Below, one piece after another: positions 8,292-17,577 of a stretch of 48,239 nt of DNA (its first letter is position 1; the number at the start of each line of letters is the position of its first letter). Source of the stretch: Poseidonia sp. Lineage in GTDB: Archaea > Thermoplasmatota > Poseidoniia > Poseidoniales > Poseidoniaceae. The position numbers and the translations under genes are program-made. Location: contig JAYOHN010000005.1 in NCBI GenBank assembly GCA_038118245.1, positions 1-48,239 on the forward strand. The letters run 5' to 3'. A model generated the notes under the pieces. That model did no database searches. It was not told the origin of the DNA and saw only the letters and a program-made list of their open reading frames with translations.

Positions 8292-9440
8292 ATGGCCCTC
8301 CCTTTTCGCCGCAACGGCTCCGAGGGAAAGGAAGCGCAAGACATTGACAGCGATATTGAGGAAATCCTGGACCTCGCCGAAGGGCAGCCTGAGGCTGTGC
8401 TGGCGGACCTCGAGCCGGCCGTGGATACCGGGGCTGATGACGAGGGCGTCGGTCACGATGAGCGGATGGCGAAAAGCGCCCTCACCGTCATCGACACCTG
8501 CATGGACCTTCGACGAGGCGAGAACATCCTCATCGTCTGCGACCCGACCACCACCGAAATAGGGCAGGCTTTGCACGACGCAGCGAGCCTTCGCTCCGAC
8601 CGAGTCCTGCTGATCGTGATGCCCAAGGGTCGCCATCATGGCGACGAACCACCTTCCCCTGTGGCGAACTTAATGCGGCAACAACAGGTGGTTATCGCAC
8701 CCACAAAATACTCCCTCACGCACACCCGGGCCGTCCGTCAAGCCATCAAAGACGGTGCGAGGGTGGCGACCATGCCGGGCATGACCCTTGACATGTTCAC
8801 CGAAGGTGGCATGGCGGCGGATTTCAACATCATCAAGAAAAACATCGGCGAGATGAACGGCTTGCTCCGACGGAAACGCATTATCAATGTCAAATCCGAA
8901 ACGGGGACCAACGTGACCTTTGAGGTCAACTGGCGTGAATGGAAATTGGACGACAACGGGGTGTGCAACCGGCCACGGATGTTGACGAACCTGCCCGCTG
9001 GAAAGATCTTCACCCTTCCAAGAGAAGGGACCATGAACGGCACGATCGTGATTGATGGCTCGTGGGATTCCGCCCTTGTCGACGAACCCGTCATCCTGCA
9101 AGTCGAAAACGGCCTGGTCGTGGATGTGAAAGGGGGAACGGCCGCAGCTCAAATCCGACAAACCTTTGGTGAAGCGGCCAAACGATTGAAGGCCAAGGAA
9201 CAGGAAAACGTCTGGACGATCGCTGAATTCGGCTTTGGCATGAACCCCAATGCTCGCCTCCTGGGCAACGTGCTGGAAGATGAAAAAAGGCTTGGAACAG
9301 CTTACTTTTCCATCGGCGACAACACCACGCTGGGTGGGACGGCCGCCGTTGGAATTCAAATCTCAGGCGTTCTTGCTGCACCGAGCATTTGGCTCGATGG
9401 GGCTCCGCTTCTTGAGAACGGCTCCTTTGTCTTGAACTGA
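8292..9440 (+). CDS. M29 / aminopeptidase-T-like protein, probably catalytically degenerate
   Basis: SLTHT, RVATMPG, NLPAG.IF, GTIVIDG, AEFGFGMNP, EDEK.LGT..FSIGDN...GG pattern of archaeal leucyl-aminopeptidase-like proteins. Acidic N-terminal extension. Start ATG 8292. Confidence 0.8.
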   Translation: MALPFRRNGSEGKEAQDIDSDIEEILDLAEGQPEAVLADLEPAVDTGADDEGVGHDERMAKSALTVIDTCMDLRRGENILIVCDPTTTEIGQALHDAASLRSDRVLLIVMPKGRHHGDEPPSPVANLMRQQQVVIAPTKYSLTHTRAVRQAIKDGARVATMPGMTLDMFTEGGMAADFNIIKKNIGEMNGLLRRKRIINVKSETGTNVTFEVNWREWKLDDNGVCNRPRMLTNLPAGKIFTLPREGTMNGTIVIDGSWDSALVDEPVILQVENGLVVDVKGGTAAAQIRQTFGEAAKRLKAKEQENVWTIAEFGFGMNPNARLLGNVLEDEKRLGTAYFSIGDNTTLGGTAAVGIQISGVLAAPSIWLDGAPLLENGSFVLN

Positions 9441-9441
9441 T

Positions 9442-10953
9442 TCAATAGCCCAGGTTTTGTTGACCACAAACCGGACAGAATCGCCAGTAAGGGTCCAAAC
9501 CCACGCCGCATCCACGGCAGTGAACACCCGAACGGATGGTGGGTTGGACGAGAGGACGCTGAGGGGGTTGCTGCCAGCCTTGCTGCTGGGGTGGAGGTTG
9601 CTGCCAACCTTGCTGCTGGGGCGGAGGTTGCTGCCAGCCCTGCTGGTTGGGCATGGGTTGTTGAACAGGAGGTTGAGCCAGCGGTGGAGGACGTTGCTGG
9701 ACGGGTTGAGCCTGAGGTTGACTGTTTGCACCGAGCGGGCGACGGACTGGAGCAACCGGTTTGGGCAGGGAGGCTGTTTTCTCCGCTGCGGGTGAGGAGA
9801 TGAATTCGGAGAGGGTCACCACGCCGTCGCCGTCGGTGTCGGCTTCTGCATGCAAGGCGGCGGCTTCCTCCACGCTCGTCCCGGTCGCTCGGGCCAGTTC
9901 CTCAACGTCCAAGGCGCCGCTGCCGTCCTCGTCTGCAGCGATAAAGTGCTCAGCGGCGCTCACGAACTCCTCTTCTTGCGGCTCCATCGCTTGGCCATTC
10001 AAATCGGATTCGGGGACAGAGGTCTCAATCGCCGCAGGCGCTGGTTCGTGTTCAAGCTGGGAACTGAAGGCTCCCGCAAAAGCGTCCTGAGTAACCCGAG
10101 CCACTTCACGTTCGTTTTCGACGTTCACGGGTGCTTCTTCCTCCTGCACCTGCTCCACTTCGGGCAGGGCGACGGTGGTGGAGGGCGAAGGGACGGGCTT
10201 TTCGACTTCCGGAGCGGAAACGGTGGATGCTGCACCTGGCAGCGGGACGCTCTCGCTGGCAGGAGCGGTGGCCGGTTCGGGGGCCGGGCTTGGAGCTGGC
10301 GGGGCGACCGTTGGCTCAGGCGCTTGTGGCAGTTCAAGGCCTTCGGGAATTTCCACCGTCGCCGCAGCGGCAGAGCCGCTAGCGAGCGATGCGATGGGGA
10401 CCACATGCCCTGCAACATCCAAGGCCGCATCGAGTTCTTTGTTGACGGTCACCAGCGCATCAACGGAGCCTGCGACGTTGGCCAACAAGCCGTCAAGGCT
10501 AGTGAGGTACGTGAGGACTTCCTCGCCGGCGCCGGTTTGGTGAGCCACGGCGAACAATTTCATCATCCGCATCGGGTCGGCCAAGGCCTCCAAGTGGGTT
10601 TTTTGTTCACCGGCAAGCGAAGGGAGGGCCCCTCCGCCTTCCGAACCGCTCGAATCCGGCATACCGAGGCTTTGCAACAGCGGGTCGGGCATGCTCATCA
10701 AACCGAGGTGCCCGGCGACGAGGTAGTAGATCTCACCGCCTTCGCACTGCATCCGCTCGCTGGCGGCCTCAAAATCAAAATCGCCTGGTCGCAAAACAAT
10801 GTCCGAAAGCAGTTCAAAAAACTGAACCATGGCCTGCTCCCTGGGCATCGCCATCATGGCGTGGAGGACATCGGAGGATTCCGTGACACCGAAGTACGCC
10901 GCAGCCTCATCCACCTCAATGACGGTTGAGTTTCCACCGGCCTCGTCGCTCAC
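9442..10953 (-). CDS. EF-hand pair protein with Pro/Gln-rich linker and C-terminal zinc ribbon
   Basis: EF loops DEDGSGALDVEE and DTDGDGVVTLSE, QQQGWQQPPP repeats, CRGC-x10-CPVCG. GTG start preceded by GGAGG. Confidence 0.8.
   Translation of the reverse strand: MSDEAGGNSTVIEVDEAAAYFGVTESSDVLHAMMAMPREQAMVQFFELLSDIVLRPGDFDFEAASERMQCEGGEIYYLVAGHLGLMSMPDPLLQSLGMPDSSGSEGGGALPSLAGEQKTHLEALADPMRMMKLFAVAHQTGAGEEVLTYLTSLDGLLANVAGSVDALVTVNKELDAALDVAGHVVPIASLASGSAAAATVEIPEGLELPQAPEPTVAPPAPSPAPEPATAPASESVPLPGAASTVSAPEVEKPVPSPSTTVALPEVEQVQEEEAPVNVENEREVARVTQDAFAGAFSSQLEHEPAPAAIETSVPESDLNGQAMEPQEEEFVSAAEHFIAADEDGSGALDVEELARATGTSVEEAAALHAEADTDGDGVVTLSEFISSPAAEKTASLPKPVAPVRRPLGANSQPQAQPVQQRPPPLAQPPVQQPMPNQQGWQQPPPQQQGWQQPPPQQQGWQQPPQRPLVQPTIRSGVHCRGCGVGLDPYWRFCPVCGQQNLGY
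9566..9645 (-). repeat. 30-bp tandem repeat (~3 copies) encoding QQQGWQQPPP
   Basis: GGTTGCTGCCARCCYTGCTG recurs at 9566, 9596 and 9626. Confidence 0.9.
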
Positions 10954-11011
10954 GTTCTATCCTCCCTTCTTCGTCCAAACCTGACCCTCATTTAAGCCCT
11001 CATGACGGATG

Positions 11012-14000
11012 TCAAGCGGCCTTGTTTTTTGCAAGGTTGCAAATGGCTCTTGATTGCTCGGCCGTCCAACCTGTTTCTTGCAGTTGCATCAGCACGTTGC
11101 GTTCTTGTTCGCCGTCTGCAAAGGCGCCCACCACCCAATCAACCGCAGAGGCTCTGTCTTCGCTCTGCCAGTCTTCAAAGATGCTCAGGTCAACCTGAAT
11201 CCGTGCTTTTCGAACCTTGGTTGAGGACGGTTCCTCCGGGGCAGCGACGGATTTCTTCTTGGCGACTTTTTGCACCGGTGCGGCCGACTCGGATTTCCCC
11301 GGTGGTGAACGCCCTTTCGGCGGTCCGCCAGGACCTCGCTTCGGAGGACCACCTTTGGCCTTGGGTGGACCTCCCGGGCCCGTCCGTGAAGAGGGTGAGG
11401 ACCCGCCGGTTGGCCCTCGACGGCCCGTTGTTGCTTCCGTGGAAGAAGGCCTTGAGCGAGCGGGCGCAGCACGTTTTGTGTCCAAGGCATCGAGGAAACT
11501 GACTTCTTCCTCGTCGTCGTCAAAGAAATCATCGTACTCGTCGTCCTCGTCACCGTCGTCGCGTCCACCACGGAGCACCACGACCAAGCCCAAAAGGGCG
11601 AGCAGGCCGACGACACCTCCGATCACCATCAGGGTCCCAGCATCCAAGCCAAAGGCGCCTGCTTCACCGTCACCGGAGACCGCCACGTACGGGCAACCGT
11701 CGTCGTAACCGTCAACGCCCTTGGGGTCGTTGGGGCACTGGTCTTCGGCATCGACCACCCCGTCCAAATCCGAATCCTTCTCGGAGGGGTGGCATCCTTC
11801 GTCGTCCACAGCAAGGCCCACGGTCGTTTTCGGGCACCGGTCAGCACCGATGGCGCCTTCGACAAATTCGCCGGGCCACGAGGGGTCGCGAAGCGCCGTC
11901 CAGGTCGAATCGCCCCAGTTATCGCCGTAGCCGTCAAAGTCGGAATCCCTCCATTGGGTGGGGTTCTCTCTCGTGGATTCTGGCTCGTTGGCGTCTCGCC
12001 AACCGTCACCGTCGTCGTAGCATCCCAGGAAATCAATGTACGAGGTCCCGTTCTCCAAGGGGCATTCGTCAGCGTTGTTCCCCTCGGGGTTGTCGCCGTA
12101 CCCGTCCCCGTCCTGGTCAAACCACTGGGTTGGGTCGGATGGGAAGGCATCACCGGCTTGGTTGATTCGTAAACCGGTCTCGTTGTCCACATCGTACGTG
12201 TAGACGCCCGCATAACCGTCGCCGTCCAAATCCACCGTAAGCGCACTCTCATCGGTGCAACCGTTGGCGAGGATGGGGAATCCCGGAGGCGTGTCATCGC
12301 AGGCATCTTCCAAGTCGGACAGACCGTCGCCGTCGCTGTCACGCTGCCCCTGTGAACATCCGAACGCATCGACGTTTTGTCCGGCCTCCGTGTTGGGGCA
12401 TCGGTCCTCTGGGTCGTTCAGCCCGTCACCGTCGGAATCCGATGTTCGTTGCTCTTCGCTGCAACCGTCCACGTCCACGCTGACGCCCGTTGGCGTGTCT
12501 GCGCAGAGGTCGAGGTTGTTCTTCACGCCGTCGTCGTCGTCGTCGAGTTCAGATTGAGCACAACCCTCCTCGTTGACGCTTTCGCCCGGTGGAGAGTTTG
12601 GACAGAGGATGTCAAGGTCGTTGATGAGGCCGTCACCGTCGCTGTCTTGGAGGTCGATCAGGCGACAACCCACGCCGTTCGTTCCGTTGGCCACACCGAA
12701 CTCAAACGGACACTCGTCCGCTCGTTCACCGTTCGGGTTGTCACCAAATCCATCACCGTCGGTGTCGGAGGATTGGGTTTTCTCGTAGGGGAAGGCGTCC
12801 CCCGCTTGGTTTTCTCGAAGGCCGCTGGTTTCGTTTTCGTCGTACCCGTACTGGTCGGTGAACCCGTCCCCGTCCGAATCAAGACATCCGTACACCGGGA
12901 AGGTGGAGTTGCCCCAGATTTCGGGGCACAGGTCCAATTCAAGGCCTTCTTTGTACGATGTTCGGGGGAAACTGAGGTTGGCTGCTTGTTCTTCGTCGCA
13001 TCCGTCGGCGCCAACGACGAGCGAGGTGTCTGAGTTCACGCAACGGTCGTCGAGGTTGATGACCCCGTCTTCGTCATCGTCCATCAAGGCAAAGGCCGTC
13101 CAGTTATCGGCATAACCGTCGCCGTCGGTGTCGTTTGCTGCCACGATACGAAGGGGGAAACGGTCGGGACGGGTGGCGTTTTCGGATTGATTGTCTCCAA
13201 AACCATCGCCATCGGTGTCCGCCCACTGGGTCGCATCGAAGGGCCACACATCGGCGCCGAGTTCAATGTTCCACTCAAAGAAGGTGCCCTCATCGGAGGG
13301 GTCGCTGGCACCGTCACCGTCGGAGTCCAAACAACCGTTTCGGTCACGCCATGAGGCGCCCCAATCCCACGGACAGAAATCACCGTACACCGTATCGGTA
13401 TCGTTGTCGCCAAATCCATCACCGTCATAATCAGCGTATTGCGATGCCAAGTAAGGGAACAAGTCGCCCGGGCCGGCGTTTGGGTCAAGTACGGTTGCAC
13501 AGCAATCCACGCCGTGGTTGTCGCCGAACCCATCGCCATCAGTGTCCAGCGCTTGCTTCCAGTTGCCTTTGTAGACATCACCATCGTAGTACGTGGCGCT
13601 GTTGTCCGACCAGCCGTCTTGGTCAAGGTCCTCGCATCCGTAGCGGTCAATCCAAGAGGTCCCACCGGATGAATCGCAACCGTCGATGGTGTCGGTAAAG
13701 CCGTCCGTATCAAAGTCGGAGCATCCAAACACGACGAAGGAAGAGGTGCCTGCTGTCGCTGGGCACTGGTCGGGAAGCGGTCCGAAGGGGTTGTCACCAA
13801 AACCGTCACCGTCGCCGTCAGACCACTGGTTTCCAACGGCAGGCATTCCGTCAACGAGGTCAAACACAAGGTCGCGGTCTCGATCGGCGTAGAGTCGCAA
13901 AAGCACAACATCGTCGTCAACTTCGTCCCAGTACGCAAGGTGAACGGTTCCGTTGGCGTCCAGCACCGCATCCACCGGGTGGTTGGTGACGACATCGCCA

Positions 14001-17000
14001 AAGCGAACCGACATCCACGGGGCAAAGCCCGCATGCACGCCGTTGAGTTCAACGGTGTTCACGACCAAATGGTTGCTTACAGGGTCGCTGGTCAAGAGGA
14101 GGAGGTGGTCGCCCAAGTGAAGAACATCCCATGCACCGTCCACCGCTGCGGCCGGGCGTTCGGCGATGGTCACCCAGTCACCGGTGCTGTTCGGAGCGAG
14201 GAGGGAGGAGACGGCGTTGGCTCTGACGGCGAGCACCGGCCGGTCTCCACCCTGAAGGTCGAGGCGGTACTCGTTCGCCGTGCCGCTTGGTTGGAGGACG
14301 GTGTGGGTCTGCCAGACGCTGTCGCCCGGCCAACGTTCGTAGAGCGCCAACGCTCCGGTGGTGCTCAGCGAGGCCAAAAGAAGCGAGCCGTTGGTGAGCG
14401 TGGTCAATGCAAGTTGCGTGTTCAAGTCGGAGGTGTTGCTGATGTCCTCTTTGGTCAACGTCGAACCGTCGTGCATCCAGAGCGCAAGGTTCGTCCCCGA
14501 ACCGTTGGAGGTGATCAAAGCCACAGCAAGCGTATCGTTGGCGAGCATCACGGCGGGGTGGTGCGTGGAAAGCGCTTCGTCCTGTGAACCGAGCGTTGTG
14601 AGGCTCCAACTGCCTCCACCGACGGCGCGCTCAAGCTGCCCGGTGGGGTCGTGGCGGTAGACGAGGTGAGGCACATCGTTGCTGTCAACCAGCACTTCAA
14701 TGCCGTTTGCGAGTTGGGCACCGGTCCTCACCAGGTCGGTGGACCAGCCCGAGGCTGTTTGCTCAGTAGCGTAGATTTGTTGGCCGGAGCCAGAAGTGTA
14801 AGCAAGAACTTGTTCGTTGTTCTGGTTGACGGTGGAGCCCAGATACTGGCCCATGGTACCCGTCGTAGCGACGTCTTGTTCCACGGCGGTCATGCCCACG
14901 GTCGTATGGAGATGGACGGCATCATCGTCTTCGGTGAGGAGGAGGGGCAGGCCGGAGGATTGGACGTCAAAGCGGACGGAGAGGTTGCTCGCCGTGGACC
15001 GAGCCACGGTTTGCTCCACCCACTGGCCACCAGGCGTCCCGTCGTTCATGTGCTCCAATTTGGCCACATAAGACCGAAGGCTGTCGTTGTAGACGTAGGC
15101 GAGACTCGTTTCGCCCCGGGCGGCCGTGGCCAACTCAAGGTCGTTCAGTTGGCCCGTGGATTCAAAGGAAATGGATTCCCAATCTCGCTCGGACAGGACG
15201 ACGTACTCGAGCGCAAACGCCGTCCCCCGGTCTTCGGTCCGCTTGGAATAGACCACTTCACCCAACCCGTCGCCGTCGAGGTCACCCCCCGCTGCGATGC
15301 GGTACGCAAGGCGCTCGCTCGTGTTGCCCTCGGCAAGCACTTGTTTGTCCGAGCGAAGCCCGTCAGCGGAACCCAAGAAAATTTCCAAACGGCCGGCGTT
15401 TGAGCCCAACCTGCTGGTGATGTAAACGTCGTCGTAACCGTCTTCGTTGATGTCCCCTGCCGGTGCAATGGCTTCTCCAATTTTGGCGTTGCCGACCGTG
15501 GGGAAATACTGCCAGTCAGGATCTGCGGGGAAGGTGGTATTGGTGCCGTCAAACAACCACAGCACGCCGGTGCCGAACACGCCGCTGCTCGAGTTGAAGG
15601 GTTCGGTGATGATGTGCTCGTTGTAGCCATCACCGTTAACGTCTCCCAGACAAACGATGCCGTGGCCCAAGAGCCGACCCTGAGAGAGCGAAGCGACCGT
15701 GTGGTCCGGCGTGCCCAGATAACCCGCACCGGTTCCGTAGAAGTATTCGATGGACGAATAGGACAGCGAGTCGGTGTACGAACCCGTGTTTCCTACGATG
15801 AGTTCATCCAAACCGTCACCGTTCACATCGCAACCCTCGAGCGTGCGCCCAAACATCGAGCCGTCGGCGGTTTGGGTGAGGTTCCGTACCAGCGAAGCCC
15901 CGGTCTCTCCGCCTTCGTACACGTTGACTTTCCCCGTGTGGGTCACCGAACTGCTGACCTCAATGGAATACCCGTGAGCAGCGCCCGCAAACCCGTCAGC
16001 CGCTGACCCTTGATGGAGCGTCGTGACCTGCGACCCCAACGATTCGTTTTCCGTCCCGTTGACCGTCCATGAAGGCAAAGAGGGCAAGCCAGCCGGAGAT
16101 CCCAAGTGCACAACGAGACGACCATCGTTGCGGTCGCTTGAGCCGTTCATGTCCCATCCCGGAGCGCCAACAAGGAGGTCGTGGATGCCGTCGTTGTTGA
16201 AATCTCCAACATCGGCTCCTTGGCCGAAACGCTCGGCATCGCCGCCACCTGCAAGAATGGTGCTCGGGACAGCCTCCAAGCCCAACGAGGAGCCGTAATA
16301 CACCTCGACACGGCCGTTGTCCGTCAACCCAAGCATGTCGGCGCCGGGGGTGCTCACGAGGAGGTCGTCAAACCCGTCGTCGTTGAAATCCGCCATCGCA
16401 AGGCTGCCTTCGTCCTCGTCGGCCACGCCTTCACGATGGTCATGGGGGACAGGGTCAACGCGGCCGGTGTCCTGACCTGCGAGCGAACGGATGAGGTTGA
16501 TGGTGAAGGTGGGGCCGACCTGCGTTGCCGTAGCGATTTGTTCAATGGCGTTGGCGTCCAAATCCATCCCAAGGGCATCCACGAGGGCACCGTTACGAGC
16601 CAAGATGCGACGGTCCTGTTGACCGTCGTCAACCCTCAACAAGACCACTTCGTTGGTCGCCTGCCGGGTGTAGAGGATGTGAGCGGTCCCGTTGTCGTCC
16701 AGTTCCAGTTCGAAATCCTCGCCGACAGGTCCAGCGTCAAGGACGGCGTTGGTCCAATATGCGCCGCTGAAGTTGACTTGGTGGAGCACGCCGTCCGCCG
16801 TTCGGACAAGCCCCCATTCCACGCCGTCGGGGGAAATTTCCAACTCGAGGTGGGTGGGAGAGATGTCCTCCAGAACGGTGCGTGTGTGCCAGCGGGCGCC
16901 GTCGTAGTAGGTTGCGCTTTCCCGCGCATACCGGCCCATTTTGAGGTCGTCGCCGTCGGCGTAGAGCACCCGAGGCAATTCGTTGACGGTCACGGCAATG

Positions 17001-17455
17001 GCGCAGTCAACCAGCGAAGAGGTGTTGGCGGCCGCAACCGTGTCAACGAGGGTGCTGGTCCAAACGCCGTTTGGCCGGTGAACCGCGGTTCGCACCGCCC
17101 CCTCCTCGGTTGACCAGCAGTAGTGTTCTCGGTCGTAGCGAGTCAGCTTCATGTCGGGTGTGCCGTGGTGCTCCGTGGTGGAATTGTTGAGTTCGGTTGA
17201 AATCCAATAGTCAAACATGGATTCTTCCCGAACGACGGCGTTCTGCAAGCCGTCAACGCTGATCGAGGTGCCTGCAAAATCGTGGCTTGAGCCCTCAGTG
17301 GCTGAAAACGCGGTGTTCAGACGAACGTCTTGGATGTCCTCGAGGACCTCAACGGAAGGGGCGCTGGGCGACAGCGGCGCAGCGAGAGAGCAAAGAAAGA
17401 GGAGGGCCAAGAAGACGCTTTTGAGGTGTGAAATTTGATTCCCGGCGTCCGACAT
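11012..17455 (-). CDS. Giant cell-surface protein: FG-GAP (integrin-alpha-like) propeller, TSP3-like Ca-binding repeats, TM anchor, cytoplasmic tail
   Basis: Signal peptide. DFNDDGFDDLLV, GDFNNDGIHDLLVGAP and GDINEDGYDD repeats. Many DxDGDGxGDN / D.CP repeats. TM LMVIGGVVGLLALLGLVVVL. Start ATG 17455 has a GAGGAG upstream. Confidence 0.88.
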   Translation of the reverse strand: MSDAGNQISHLKSVFLALLFLCSLAAPLSPSAPSVEVLEDIQDVRLNTAFSATEGSSHDFAGTSISVDGLQNAVVREESMFDYWISTELNNSTTEHHGTPDMKLTRYDREHYCWSTEEGAVRTAVHRPNGVWTSTLVDTVAAANTSSLVDCAIAVTVNELPRVLYADGDDLKMGRYARESATYYDGARWHTRTVLEDISPTHLELEISPDGVEWGLVRTADGVLHQVNFSGAYWTNAVLDAGPVGEDFELELDDNGTAHILYTRQATNEVVLLRVDDGQQDRRILARNGALVDALGMDLDANAIEQIATATQVGPTFTINLIRSLAGQDTGRVDPVPHDHREGVADEDEGSLAMADFNDDGFDDLLVSTPGADMLGLTDNGRVEVYYGSSLGLEAVPSTILAGGGDAERFGQGADVGDFNNDGIHDLLVGAPGWDMNGSSDRNDGRLVVHLGSPAGLPSLPSWTVNGTENESLGSQVTTLHQGSAADGFAGAAHGYSIEVSSSVTHTGKVNVYEGGETGASLVRNLTQTADGSMFGRTLEGCDVNGDGLDELIVGNTGSYTDSLSYSSIEYFYGTGAGYLGTPDHTVASLSQGRLLGHGIVCLGDVNGDGYNEHIITEPFNSSSGVFGTGVLWLFDGTNTTFPADPDWQYFPTVGNAKIGEAIAPAGDINEDGYDDVYITSRLGSNAGRLEIFLGSADGLRSDKQVLAEGNTSERLAYRIAAGGDLDGDGLGEVVYSKRTEDRGTAFALEYVVLSERDWESISFESTGQLNDLELATAARGETSLAYVYNDSLRSYVAKLEHMNDGTPGGQWVEQTVARSTASNLSVRFDVQSSGLPLLLTEDDDAVHLHTTVGMTAVEQDVATTGTMGQYLGSTVNQNNEQVLAYTSGSGQQIYATEQTASGWSTDLVRTGAQLANGIEVLVDSNDVPHLVYRHDPTGQLERAVGGGSWSLTTLGSQDEALSTHHPAVMLANDTLAVALITSNGSGTNLALWMHDGSTLTKEDISNTSDLNTQLALTTLTNGSLLLASLSTTGALALYERWPGDSVWQTHTVLQPSGTANEYRLDLQGGDRPVLAVRANAVSSLLAPNSTGDWVTIAERPAAAVDGAWDVLHLGDHLLLLTSDPVSNHLVVNTVELNGVHAGFAPWMSVRFGDVVTNHPVDAVLDANGTVHLAYWDEVDDDVVLLRLYADRDRDLVFDLVDGMPAVGNQWSDGDGDGFGDNPFGPLPDQCPATAGTSSFVVFGCSDFDTDGFTDTIDGCDSSGGTSWIDRYGCEDLDQDGWSDNSATYYDGDVYKGNWKQALDTDGDGFGDNHGVDCCATVLDPNAGPGDLFPYLASQYADYDGDGFGDNDTDTVYGDFCPWDWGASWRDRNGCLDSDGDGASDPSDEGTFFEWNIELGADVWPFDATQWADTDGDGFGDNQSENATRPDRFPLRIVAANDTDGDGYADNWTAFALMDDDEDGVINLDDRCVNSDTSLVVGADGCDEEQAANLSFPRTSYKEGLELDLCPEIWGNSTFPVYGCLDSDGDGFTDQYGYDENETSGLRENQAGDAFPYEKTQSSDTDGDGFGDNPNGERADECPFEFGVANGTNGVGCRLIDLQDSDGDGLINDLDILCPNSPPGESVNEEGCAQSELDDDDDGVKNNLDLCADTPTGVSVDVDGCSEEQRTSDSDGDGLNDPEDRCPNTEAGQNVDAFGCSQGQRDSDGDGLSDLEDACDDTPPGFPILANGCTDESALTVDLDGDGYAGVYTYDVDNETGLRINQAGDAFPSDPTQWFDQDGDGYGDNPEGNNADECPLENGTSYIDFLGCYDDGDGWRDANEPESTRENPTQWRDSDFDGYGDNWGDSTWTALRDPSWPGEFVEGAIGADRCPKTTVGLAVDDEGCHPSEKDSDLDGVVDAEDQCPNDPKGVDGYDDGCPYVAVSGDGEAGAFGLDAGTLMVIGGVVGLLALLGLVVVLRGGRDDGDEDDEYDDFFDDDEEEVSFLDALDTKRAAPARSRPSSTEATTGRRGPTGGSSPSSRTGPGGPPKAKGGPPKRGPGGPPKGRSPPGKSESAAPVQKVAKKKSVAAPEEPSSTKVRKARIQVDLSIFEDWQSEDRASAVDWVVGAFADGEQERNVLMQLQETGWTAEQSRAICNLAKNKAA

Positions 17456-17503
17456 GTTCTCCTCACATCCTCCGACCTTGAAAATCATTGTTCACTTTGG
17501 TCT

Positions 17504-17522
17504 TGACCCCCGTAGGGGGTCA
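17504..17522. promoter_or_regulatory. Perfect inverted repeat in divergent intergenic region
   Basis: TGACCCCC-GTA-GGGGGTCA between the adhesin and thiamine pyrophosphokinase starts. Function unknown. Confidence 0.4.
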
Positions 17523-17577
17523 GCCATCCGTTGGGATTCACCGCTGATTTGAGAAGGAAAGGAACCGAGGAGACCGC

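Noticed and set aside
8175-8639. N-terminal extension of the 653-aa carboxypeptidase ORF
   Set aside because: It is antisense to the aminopeptidase-like gene, and M32 similarity starts at MDLYDE. The same artefact affects the extended thiolase, phr, NUDIX, ribA, Prx and Lrp ORFs.
17456-17577. TPP riboswitch upstream of thiamine pyrophosphokinase
   Set aside because: The GCTGAGA and CCTGA...GCGNAGGGA core elements are not present; only a simple palindrome is seen.
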